Below, piece by piece: positions 1 through 8,525 of a stretch of 64,000 bases of DNA. Each line of letters opens with the position of its first letter. The stretch's first letter is position 1. A model generated the notes under the pieces. It made no database searches, was not told the origin of the DNA, and worked only from the letters and a program-made list of their open reading frames with translations. The position numbers and the translations under genes are program-made. This DNA is from Bryobacterales bacterium. GTDB lineage: Bacteria > Acidobacteriota > Terriglobia > Bryobacterales > UBA6623. The stretch is from contig OZ241924.1 in NCBI GenBank assembly GCA_965203925.1, positions 4,971,195-5,035,194 on the forward strand, in the 5' to 3' direction.

Positions 1-170
1 GATGGCAGGGCAAACCCCACGCGGAGCAAGGCCAAATAGGGGGCGAAGCGGTAGCCCGCCGCATTGGAGTCCCGGGTGGGCCGCTAGAGGCGACTGGCGA
101 CAGTCGCCCCAGATGAATGGCTGCCGCCCGTCCTAGGACGGGGACAGAAACCGGCTTACAGGCCGTCCGC
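1..170 (+). ncRNA. rnpB: RNase P RNA (class A), 3' part; 5' part lies before the window
   Basis: Conserved motifs in order: GGCAAACCCCACGCGGAGCAAGGCCAAATAGGG, CCCGGGTGGGCCGCTAGAG, GGCGAC hairpin, CCCAGATGAATG, GACAGAAACCGGCTTACAG. Confidence 0.95.
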
Positions 171-186
171 CCACCGCGTGCACGGT

Positions 187-1236
187 TCAGCGTGACCGCG
201 CACGCCCGCCGGTCGGGGGAAGGCAGCAATCCGCCGGGCAATTGTCAGGAACGGCTGGCATGGCGCCGGTGCATGCGCGCTCCGGCAGGTGTGCGACCCT
301 CTCGTAGACCAGGTCGCGGACCGCCCTGACAAACGATGGATGCACTCCCACCGTCCCGGCGCGGACGAACTCCATGCCCAGTGCACCGGCGTGCTGGGCC
401 GCCTCTACATCAATGTCGTAGAGCACCTCCAAGTGGTCCGAGAGAAAGCCGATGGGCACGACACAGACCTGTGTCACGCCCTCGTCGCGAAGCTCCTCCA
501 GCCGGTCGCAAATGTCCGGTTCCAGCCAAGGCACCTGAGGCGGGCCGCTGCGGCTTTGGTAGGCCACCTCCCATTGCCGACTCCCGGCCAGTTCGCTAGC
601 GAGCCGCGCCGCCTCCGAGATCTGTGTGGCATAGCCGCAGTTCTGGGCCATCGAAACCGGGATGCTGTGGGCCGTGAACACGACCCGAGGCGGCTGGGCG
701 TGGCTCCTCGGGAGTTGGCGCAGAGCCGCGGCTAACCGGTCCGCCACGGCCTCAACAAAGCCAGGATGATTAAAGAAGGATCGGACCTTGTCAACCGTTG
801 GCGCACTAGGCCCCGCTTTGGCGGCGGCCTCAGCAATGTTCTCTCGATATTGGCGGCAGCTCGAGTACGAGCTGAACGCCGCCGTAACGAAGGCGATGGC
901 ATGGTGCACTCCGTCCTTCGCCATCGCCGCCAAGGTATCGTCGAGCAGCGGATGCCAGTTCCGGTTCCCCCAATAGATCGGTAGATTCGGACCGTGGTTC
1001 GCGAGAGTCCGCTCAAGGGCTGCGATCAGCTCGCGATTCTGGTCATTGATCGGGCTACGGCCGCCAAAGTGGTAGTAGTGCTCTGCCACTTCGAGCAGGC
1101 GCCTCCGAGGCACTCCCCTGCCTCGGACTACCTTCTCAAGGAACGGCATGACGTCCTCGGGTTCTTCTGGCCCCCCGAAGGAGACCAGTAGGATGGCGTC
1201 GTAAGTGGGATCGACCAATCTTAAGTATGCGTCCAA
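187..1236 (-). CDS. hemH: Ferrochelatase with C-terminal Cys cluster
   Basis: LLVSFGGPE, FTAHSIP, YQSRSG..PWLEPD, PIGFLSDHLEVLYDID. Start uncertain (TTG 1236 or 1218). Confidence 0.95.
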   Translation of the reverse strand: MDAYLRLVDPTYDAILLVSFGGPEEPEDVMPFLEKVVRGRGVPRRRLLEVAEHYYHFGGRSPINDQNRELIAALERTLANHGPNLPIYWGNRNWHPLLDDTLAAMAKDGVHHAIAFVTAAFSSYSSCRQYRENIAEAAAKAGPSAPTVDKVRSFFNHPGFVEAVADRLAAALRQLPRSHAQPPRVVFTAHSIPVSMAQNCGYATQISEAARLASELAGSRQWEVAYQSRSGPPQVPWLEPDICDRLEELRDEGVTQVCVVPIGFLSDHLEVLYDIDVEAAQHAGALGMEFVRAGTVGVHPSFVRAVRDLVYERVAHLPERACTGAMPAVPDNCPADCCLPPTGGRARSR

Positions 1237-1362
1237 ACGACACCCCGCCCGGTTGAGTGCTTCGGCACATGAGAACCGGAGTTTCGCGTTCCCGACCGTG
1301 CCCTGAACTGCCGCGGGCTATCGGTGCAGCGCAGTCCGGATCGCTCTGCGGGGTCGTTCTGC
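1235..1362 (-). promoter_or_regulatory. Candidate structured 5' leader or small RNA upstream of hemH
   Basis: Closing stem 1236-1248/1348-1358 with several internal stems; TAGACT -10-like box at 1390-1385. Confidence 0.45.
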
Positions 1363-1397
1363 GCCGCTAGCCAAGTGTTGAGCCAGTCTACGCTAGC

Positions 1398-1976
1398 TCA
1401 TGGAGCTATGCCCCAATTCGGCCCCCTGCGGCCCTCCGTCGCGAACCGAGCACACGGCATGTCGACAAGGTACAGGCCAGCGAATATCTTCGGATCAACC
1501 AGGCAACCGTCGGCCTGGCGTTCCGAGAGCCACGCACTCGCACGTCCCAAGGGCACGCGGTGGACAACGATGTCCTCGTCGTCCACTCCGCCGCCCTCGC
1601 CAACCCTCTCCAGACCTGTCGCGCTCACGAATGACACGACCTCGCTCGTCATGCCGCCAGAACTCGGGACCCGCACCAGGATCTCAAGGTTCGAAGCCCG
1701 ATACCCAGTCTCTTCTTCGAGCTCCCGGTTGGCAGCTTCTAGCAGTCCCTCGTCAGCCAGATGAGGCTCGTCTCCCACCAGTCCTGCGGGCAGTTCGACC
1801 ATCCTTGCCTGCACCGGGATGCGGTACTGCTCCACCAACACGATCTCGCCTTGGTCGGTGATAGGTACAAGGACCGCCACGTCCCGCACGCCAATGCGCT
1901 CGACGTACTCCCATGCTCCGCGCCGCACCAGCCGCAGAAAGCTGCCGGCACCGATCGTGGCGGGGCCTCTGCTCAC
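1398..1976 (-). CDS. NUDIX hydrolase, ADP-ribose pyrophosphatase-like
   Basis: LVEQYRIP, ELPAGLVG...AANRELEEETGY Nudix box; GTGA overlap with pncA stop. Confidence 0.92.
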   Translation of the reverse strand: MSRGPATIGAGSFLRLVRRGAWEYVERIGVRDVAVLVPITDQGEIVLVEQYRIPVQARMVELPAGLVGDEPHLADEGLLEAANRELEEETGYRASNLEILVRVPSSGGMTSEVVSFVSATGLERVGEGGGVDDEDIVVHRVPLGRASAWLSERQADGCLVDPKIFAGLYLVDMPCARFATEGRRGPNWGIAP

Positions 1977-2608
1977 GTGAGGTCTCCGGCCCGGACGATC
2001 TCGACGCCGGCCAGGCGCATCTCCTCATACGCTCGGTCGATGTCGCCGGGGGAGAGGTCGATTCCCCTGCAGCCATCAGAGACCAGGACCGTCCGCAGCC
2101 CGACCGAGACAGCGTCTAGGGCACTGAACTTGACGCAATAGTCCGTCGCTAGGCCCATCAGCGCTACCGATTTGATGTCCAGTTGAAGGAGATGCTCGGC
2201 TAGGCCCGTTGATCGGCGGCGGGCATTGTCGAAGAAGGCGCTGTAGCTGTCGATGTTGCGGTCCAGACCCTTCCTAAAGACTGCGTCGATCGTCTTCTGA
2301 TCGATGGCGGCATGGAATGCTGCCCCGGGCGTCCGCTGGACACAGTGGTCCGGCCAGAGCACCTGCTGAAGCCCGTCAATCTCCACAACGTCCCCTAGCC
2401 GGTGGCCGGCGTGCTGGGATGCGAAGCTCAGGTGGTTCGCAGGGTGCCAGTCTTGGCTGGCCACAACGTGGTCGAACAAGGTGGCGAGCTCGTTTGCGAC
2501 TTCGACCACTTCGTCCCCATCGGGAACCGGTAGGGCTCCACCTGGCATGAAGTCATTCTGCAGGTCGACCAAGACCAGGCAATCCAGCGATCCGGGATTC
2601 TCTGCCAT
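1973..2608 (-). CDS. pncA: Nicotinamidase/pyrazinamidase
   Basis: VDLQNDFMPGGAL, QDWHP, WPDHCV, FRKG, GLATDYCV (D-K-C triad); GGAGG RBS. Confidence 0.95.
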   Translation of the reverse strand: MAENPGSLDCLVLVDLQNDFMPGGALPVPDGDEVVEVANELATLFDHVVASQDWHPANHLSFASQHAGHRLGDVVEIDGLQQVLWPDHCVQRTPGAAFHAAIDQKTIDAVFRKGLDRNIDSYSAFFDNARRRSTGLAEHLLQLDIKSVALMGLATDYCVKFSALDAVSVGLRTVLVSDGCRGIDLSPGDIDRAYEEMRLAGVEIVRAGDLT

Positions 2609-2627
2609 CACCGCTACCTCCAACTGA

Positions 2628-3524
2628 TCATCCGGACATGTCGGTCAGATGCCTCCGCAGGCGAGCCCGAATCCGTGGTCCATGCTCGGCGTCCGCCAAG
2701 GCGAACCGCAGGAATGTCTCGTAGTAGCTGCGAAGGTCTCCGATGTCGTACCGTTCTTCCCCGGGACGCAGCCGCACGCCGATGACCGTGCCGCCACCCT
2801 CTGCGATCGATCGGATGGCATCGGTGAGCTGGATCTCTCCTCTGGCGTCGGGAGGGACATCCTGCAGCGCTCGAAATATTGCCGGTGAGAAGATGTACCG
2901 CCCCGCCACGGCGAGTCGGCTAGGGGCCGCGTTCGGCTCTGGCTTCTCAACGATCGTGGCGACGGAGAACACTTCACCCCCATCCATGGGCTGGACAATG
3001 CCATAGGATCGAACCCGTTCTGGCCGGACTTCCTCTACAGCCACGGCCGCGTCAGCGCCGGCCTCCATGAAGGCCTGGGCCATCCGCCGGATTGCCGTGG
3101 CGCCGCCCCTCAGGCCGATGATCGAGTCTCCCAGAGCCACGATGAACGGCTCATTGCCTACGAAAGACCGCCCATGGCGGATCGCGTCGCCAAGTCCCCT
3201 AGGCACTGGCTGCCGCGTGTAGAAGACGTTGGGCACCGGCTGCGAGGTGTCGACTGTGCGGGCAAGGGCCTGCTTGCCGGATTTCCGCAGACCCTCGACC
3301 AGGTCGGGATCTGCTTCGAAGTGGTCTGCTATGGACCCCTTGCCCCGGGCGGTGACGAAGAGCAGGTCCCGCACACCGGCCTGTCCAAGCTCTTCGACGA
3401 CATGCTGGACGACCGGCTTGCCGCCCACCGGCAGCATTTCCTTCGGTTGGGCCTTGGTGGCAGGGAGCAGGCGCGTTCCCCGCCCCGCCACAGGGACGAC
3501 CGCCTTCCCGATCGGCCCGACCAT
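2628..3524 (-). CDS. galU: UTP--glucose-1-phosphate uridylyltransferase
   Basis: KAVVPVAGRGTRLLPATKAQPKEMLP, RQPVPRGLGDAI, VEKP, GEIQLTDAI. Confidence 0.9.
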   Translation of the reverse strand: MVGPIGKAVVPVAGRGTRLLPATKAQPKEMLPVGGKPVVQHVVEELGQAGVRDLLFVTARGKGSIADHFEADPDLVEGLRKSGKQALARTVDTSQPVPNVFYTRQPVPRGLGDAIRHGRSFVGNEPFIVALGDSIIGLRGGATAIRRMAQAFMEAGADAAVAVEEVRPERVRSYGIVQPMDGGEVFSVATIVEKPEPNAAPSRLAVAGRYIFSPAIFRALQDVPPDARGEIQLTDAIRSIAEGGGTVIGVRLRPGEERYDIGDLRSYYETFLRFALADAEHGPRIRARLRRHLTDMSG

Positions 3525-3534
3525 GCTGCGGAGC

Positions 3535-4371
3535 TCAGCTAGCCCCGGCCCCGTTGCCCACGACCTCCTCTAGGGGGAAGCTGTTGTCCCAGAAGTCGTT
3601 GAACAAGGTACGCATCGCGCTGCCCAAGCTGCGATGCTCGAAGACCAAGGCCGTGAACTTGCGGTGGCTGACGACTGGATCGTCCAGAGAGATCATGCCG
3701 TTCAGACTGTCGAAGAGCGCCAGCTTCAGAGGAATGTTCCGGCCTAGGCGGACATCGGCCCCGGCCTCTTGGAGGCTCGCAAGCTTCTCACCGCCGCTGG
3801 CATCCTCGAGATCGGTGAAATCGAACAGCAGCTTGCAGGCCGTTCCCTTGTCGGCGAGCCTGCGAACGATCGGTTCCCTGCCCGGGTCGACACCGTACGG
3901 CCGGCGCGCGAACTCCACATACTCGCTCTCCGTCCGCACGAGCATTCCGCGGTATTCCTCGACAATCTGGCGGGTATCCGTGATGATGCGGAGGTAGTCT
4001 AGGGAGCCGTGGCCGATCGACCCGGCCAGGAACACGCCAGCCAGATCGTCGCTGAGAGTCTTTGCGAGTCGCTCGCGGTCTTCCCATTCCCTCAAGAACC
4101 GCTCTCGACGGCGACCGAGATAGCTCGACAGGGCCAAACGCGGCTCGATGGCAGAGAACTTCTTGGTCTTGCCGTGCACAACCCGGACGAAGCCCTTGTC
4201 CACCAGGCCGTTGAGCACTTCGTATATCTTGGCGCGCGGAATCCTAGCCCGGCTGGCGACATCCAGAGCCTTGAACTGGACGTGACCGATTAGGACCAGA
4301 TAGGCGTTGGACTCGTACGAGTTGAGGCCTATGTCGTGCAGCCGACGCGCCTGTGCCGCCAAGTCGACCAC
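3535..4371 (-). CDS. TrmB-family transcriptional regulator
   Basis: N-terminal wHTH GLNSYESNAYLVL..IPRAKIYEVLNGLVDKGFV; PLD-like C-terminal domain (KLALFD...FNDFW). Confidence 0.88.
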   Translation of the reverse strand: MVDLAAQARRLHDIGLNSYESNAYLVLIGHVQFKALDVASRARIPRAKIYEVLNGLVDKGFVRVVHGKTKKFSAIEPRLALSSYLGRRRERFLREWEDRERLAKTLSDDLAGVFLAGSIGHGSLDYLRIITDTRQIVEEYRGMLVRTESEYVEFARRPYGVDPGREPIVRRLADKGTACKLLFDFTDLEDASGGEKLASLQEAGADVRLGRNIPLKLALFDSLNGMISLDDPVVSHRKFTALVFEHRSLGSAMRTLFNDFWDNSFPLEEVVGNGAGAS

Positions 4372-4378
4372 CAATGAG

Positions 4379-4384
4379 ATTATA
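4379..4384 (-). promoter_or_regulatory. Sigma70 -10 box TATAAT, probable leaderless promoter of the TrmB operon
   Basis: Perfect TATAAT 7 nt before GTG 4371. Confidence 0.7.
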
Positions 4385-4446
4385 CCGAGGCCGACGCCCA
4401 GGCATGGGCGAGCCCGGCCCGGCCGCAGACTACGACCAGTCTATGG

Positions 4447-5499
4447 CTACGGTTCCGCTTCGACGGTCGGCGGGAAGTAGCCGCGTCGATGGTAGACGTC
4501 AACTGCGGCCCCCGCCAGCCCCAGTTCCACCTCAATCAGCCGAAATCTCCGGTCGGAGAAGGGCCGGGCCGGGACGTACCCCAGAATGTACTGGCTCGCA
4601 ACATTCCCGGCCACGTCCAAGATGGCCTTGTATAAAGCTTGGAGCTGGGCAGCGGCGTATCCTCCTGTCCCAACTTCGTACTGGTAGTTACCGGCGTCCT
4701 GAGGCTTGGAGAGGTATCCGGAGACGTCTTTGTGGACATCCTGCATCGGTCTCACCACCCGTCCGCCGGTCTCCTCAGCGAGGCGGACGAGATTCGCCTC
4801 TTCGGCATGGTGGTAGCCCCAGCCCACCGTGCTGACCGCGTAGATCGTGACTTGGTGCAGCTGGGCCGCGAAGATGACCTCATCGATTGACCGCTTGCTG
4901 GCGTTGTCGTGGCCATCGCCGATCACGACCACGACCTTGCGGGGTTCGCTGGCGCCTTGGTACGGGATGGAGACGAGCTTTTCCGTGCATGCGCGGTAGA
5001 TGGCGTCGAACATCGCACTGCCGCCGCCGTGCTTGAGGCTCTCCATGCGCTCAGTCAGCGTTACAGGATCGTTCGTGAAATCGACCAACTCGTCGACTTC
5101 GGTGTGGTACCCGAACAGGAAGCCCTGGTTGCGACCGCCCTCGGGTACGAGCATCCAGGCTAGATCACCGATCGATGTCTGGTAGGTCTTGTAGTAGAGT
5201 CGGGCAGTGTTGCTGAGGTCGATGATGAAGCCCGCGTAGAGTGGCGGCTTCTTGTCCTCCTCCACGCTGCGCGTGAAGTAGCGGATCTCGACCTCCTCGC
5301 CGTCTTCCCAGACTGTGAAGTCGTCCTTGTTCAGATCGGCTATGAAGAGACCCTGCGAGTCCGTGACGGTCACGGGAAGGTTGACGACGTTGACCTCGAC
5401 CCTGATGGTGTTACCGTCGGCCGTCTCTGGCGACTGGGCCAGACCGGCTGGGAGCAGGGTGACTAGCGTGACCGCGACAATCCACATTCCCCGCCCCAT
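4447..5499 (-). CDS. Secreted VWA-domain protein (VWFA-related Acidobacterial type)
   Basis: Signal peptide; IRVEVNVVNLPVTVTD, IIDLSNT MIDAS-like, IGDGHDNAS, LAEETGG, QYILGYVP. Confidence 0.9.
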   Translation of the reverse strand: MGRGMWIVAVTLVTLLPAGLAQSPETADGNTIRVEVNVVNLPVTVTDSQGLFIADLNKDDFTVWEDGEEVEIRYFTRSVEEDKKPPLYAGFIIDLSNTARLYYKTYQTSIGDLAWMLVPEGGRNQGFLFGYHTEVDELVDFTNDPVTLTERMESLKHGGGSAMFDAIYRACTEKLVSIPYQGASEPRKVVVVIGDGHDNASKRSIDEVIFAAQLHQVTIYAVSTVGWGYHHAEEANLVRLAEETGGRVVRPMQDVHKDVSGYLSKPQDAGNYQYEVGTGGYAAAQLQALYKAILDVAGNVASQYILGYVPARPFSDRRFRLIEVELGLAGAAVDVYHRRGYFPPTVEAEP

Positions 5500-5574
5500 G
5501 GCGTACCCATTCTAGCCGAAGCAGCAGCCGGGCGGTCGGGGGACGACACCGAAGTTGCGCCCAGAGCGGGTCTT

Positions 5575-5620
5575 GCGGAGCACGGATCAGGTGAGAAGCG
5601 GAGCACGGATCAGGTGAGAA
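5575..5620. repeat. Exact 23-bp tandem duplication GCGGAGCACGGATCAGGTGAGAA x2
   Basis: Identical copies at 5575-5597 and 5598-5620. Confidence 0.95.
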
Positions 5621-5921
5621 TAGAGGTGGGCCCGCTCGACAGCTGGAGCTGGCTTCGTGACTGCTCCTCTGGCGGCCGGTCCAGGGATGCCTGGGGTCGC
5701 CGCGAATTGAGGGCCAAGGTGCGAGTGGCGCGGTCCCGATCTGTGACCGTCTGGCGGTTGAGCGCCGGCCCGGAATTCTGGCCAAGACGCCAGGCCCGAC
5801 CACAGGGCCGGTGCCCAAGGCTCACACAGTATCTGCGTCCCCTCCACGGGACCTCGCACCCAGAATTCCAGACTCTTCGGGGCCTCGTTGGTACCATGTA
5901 CCTGCGGGCGATTGCGTCGAG

Positions 5922-6755
5922 ATGCAGGAGTTCTTGGAGTGGGCGCCTTCTGGTAGCCGCGAATATCGACTAGCGCGCAAGCTGCGGCCGAACCGTATGC
6001 CGCGCCACATTGCGGTGATCATGGACGGCAATGGGCGGTGGGCAAGAGAGCGGCTGCTTCCCCGGGCAGCCGGCCACCGGGCGGGTGTCCGCCCAGTGCG
6101 CGAAATCATTGAAGCTTGCTGTCGCTTGGGCATCCGCGCTCTTACTTTGTATGCGTTCTCGGTGGAAAACTGGAAGCGGCCCAAGGCGGAAATCGAGACG
6201 TTGTGGATCCTCTTGCGGAGGTATCTTCGCCAGGAACTCCCCGAACTCAAGGCCAACGGTGTGCGCTTCCAGACAATCGGCAAGATCGATGAACTGCCGA
6301 GTGAGGTTTGCGACGACATTGACAATGCCATCCTAGAGACGGCCGCCAACAACGGCATGCGGCTGAACGTCGCGCTCAACTATAGTGGCCGCTCCGAGAT
6401 TGTGGAGGCGGTCAACGCCCTGCTCCGCACTTCGCACGGGCACATTGAGCCGCTGCAGGTGGACGAGCGGTCCTTCGGTCAGATGCTCTATGCTCCGCAT
6501 TGCGGAGATCCCGACCTGCTGATTCGGACTTCGGGTGAGTTCCGAGTCAGCAATTTCCTGCTTTGGCAGATCGCCTATACCGAGATCTGGATGACCGAGA
6601 GGTACTGGCCGGACTTCCGGACCACCGACCTCCTCGAGGCCTTGGTGGAATATCAAGGACGGAACCGGCGATTCGGCGGACTGCCCGACCCCGGAAAGCG
6701 ATCCGCCCGCCGGCGGGCCAACGTCCGTCGAACCCTGCTGTCAGTGGCCGACTGA
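5922..6755 (+). CDS. uppS: Undecaprenyl diphosphate synthase
   Basis: HIAVIMDGNGRWA, YAFSVENWKRP, ALNYSGR, DLLIRTSGEFRVSNFLLWQ; start approximate. Confidence 0.96.
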   Translation: MQEFLEWAPSGSREYRLARKLRPNRMPRHIAVIMDGNGRWARERLLPRAAGHRAGVRPVREIIEACCRLGIRALTLYAFSVENWKRPKAEIETLWILLRRYLRQELPELKANGVRFQTIGKIDELPSEVCDDIDNAILETAANNGMRLNVALNYSGRSEIVEAVNALLRTSHGHIEPLQVDERSFGQMLYAPHCGDPDLLIRTSGEFRVSNFLLWQIAYTEIWMTERYWPDFRTTDLLEALVEYQGRNRRFGGLPDPGKRSARRRANVRRTLLSVAD

Positions 6756-6765
6756 GGCTGGCTCC

Positions 6766-7539
6766 TTGGCGCGAGTCTTAACCGGGACCCTCTTGGCGGT
6801 CGGGGCGTGGGCGCTTGCATTCCGCAGTCCGCCAGCGCTCCTCGTAGCCGTGCTGGTGGCAGTTGGCTTGGGGGCACTGCGAGAGTTCTATGCCCTTGCC
6901 CGGGCTGGCGGCCTCACGGTGATGGCACCAGCCGGCCACGCGGCGGTCGTAGTCTGGCTGCTCGTTCCCAGCGTCGACCGCGGGCTTCTGGCAACCCTGC
7001 TGCTGTTGGGCCTCCTCGCGGCAGGAACCCTTGCCAAACTCCCCAAGGAACGGCTGCTAGCAACCGTCGCCGTCACACTTGGCGGCGCGATCTACGTCGC
7101 GGGCCCCGTTCACGCCGCGATCCAGCTACATGCGGCATCGCCGCATTGGCTGGTGTACGTCCTTGCTCTCGTTGGCATTGGCGACTCGGTGGCCCTAGGA
7201 ATTGGCCGATGGCTTGGTCGTCACCCGCTGTCAGTCTCGCTCAGTCCGCGGAAGACCTGGGAGGGCACGGTCTCGTCAGCCATCGCTAGCACGCTGGCGG
7301 GTGCATCGTACTTGGTAGTGTTCCTAGGGCAGGAGGCAGGATTCGCTGCCATTGCCCTGTCCCTCTGTGTGAACGTGGCCAGTCAGATCGGCGACTTGGT
7401 CGAGTCGGCCTTGAAGCGGGCGGCAGATGTAAAGGACAGCGGCAACATTCTCCCTGGGCATGGCGGACTGCTGGACCGAGTCGACGGCCTGATCTTCGCA
7501 TTGCCGGTCGTGCACGTTTACCTCCTGCTGCTCGGTTAG
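6766..7539 (+). CDS. cdsA: Phosphatidate cytidylyltransferase
   Basis: SPRKTWEG, GDLVESALKRAADVKDSG..PGHGGLLDRVD; hydrophobic; follows uppS. Confidence 0.95.
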   Translation: MARVLTGTLLAVGAWALAFRSPPALLVAVLVAVGLGALREFYALARAGGLTVMAPAGHAAVVVWLLVPSVDRGLLATLLLLGLLAAGTLAKLPKERLLATVAVTLGGAIYVAGPVHAAIQLHAASPHWLVYVLALVGIGDSVALGIGRWLGRHPLSVSLSPRKTWEGTVSSAIASTLAGASYLVVFLGQEAGFAAIALSLCVNVASQIGDLVESALKRAADVKDSGNILPGHGGLLDRVDGLIFALPVVHVYLLLLG

Positions 7540-8525
7540 TCGAGCGCTAGGGGGGCCGATTGCCGACCGGCGAGGGACGGCTCGGATACACCGGTTCGGT
7601 CCCGGAGGCGTGCTCGCTCGTCCGCCAGTGTGCACTGATTTGCGGCCAACTCAAGATTACCCGCCTACCACACGACCGACTGGCACGTGCTGGACGCGAC
7701 ACGGTCGCGGATAGTGCAGTCTCACCGATTGTGTGAACATCCGGGCTTTGGGAAGATGCAGCAAGGAACGTGCTTTCCCAACCTTGATAGATTGAGCGGC
7801 TAGTATCTGCGCATGTTTTGCGCGATATCTAATCCAATACATTAGATTTTGGCCGACGGGATAGATTGCGAGACACAAATGCCAGCTAATGGCCCCTCCA
7901 ACGCGAGACTCGAAGTCTTGCTTGGGACGCAGAGCACTCGCGGGCCTTCGGAACGTTCGGGTTCAGCTGGCATAGTTTGCGCCGATGCCCATGCGGTTGG
8001 GCACATGGATCGCTGGCTGGAGTGGCAACCGGCTGACTCTGCTAGACCCACCACACCGGTTCTAGGAGCCGCGAAGAGAACCGCGTGGCGCGGAAGAATC
8101 CTGCTTGGCGCTCCGCAACCTTCTCAAGACCGCAATCAGAAACCTCATGGGACACATTAGGTTCAGTGTGTGGGCCCCGCGCATACGCCAGATTTCGATT
8201 TGGGCGACGGCGGCCGTCTGACGGCTCTCCGGCCCGCAGACAGGCACCGGCATACGTCGATGGTCCAGTGTCTGCCGATCCCGCGTTGTCACGCCATGCC
8301 GCGCGTGCTCCAGCGGGTCCCCCGCGAGACTTCTGCCCTGCCTGGGCCACGACCATACGGGCGCTATCATGGGCTGCGCGGAGTAGCGGCAGGACGCACG
8401 GCCACTGGCGGGCCGATCCGCGCAGTCCCGGATCGAAGGGATTCTGCGACTTGCCGCGGCTATGGTCTGCGGAAGGTGACCATAGCCATTCCTGCACCGC
8501 GCAACCAGAAGGCATCCCTGCTGCG

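Noticed and set aside
1236-1358. 5S rRNA, SRP RNA, tRNA or HDV-like ribozyme
   Set aside because: Size is similar to some of these, but diagnostic motifs and required pairings are absent.
5575-5620. CRISPR array
   Set aside because: Only two abutting copies, no spacer, no cas genes.
7800-7850. dif site or definite oriC
   Set aside because: No XerD arm (TTATGTTAAAT-like) and no TTATCCACA boxes seen.
7967-7982. Sigma54 promoter CTGGCATAGTTTGCGC
   Set aside because: The -12 TTGC is out of register with the -24 GG and no gene starts nearby.
8085-8525. 147-aa N-terminal extension of DnaB (similar extensions on lysA, SDR, sulfatase 47120-49288 and 49084-51663)
   Set aside because: R/P/A-rich non-coding-like sequence; better starts lie downstream.
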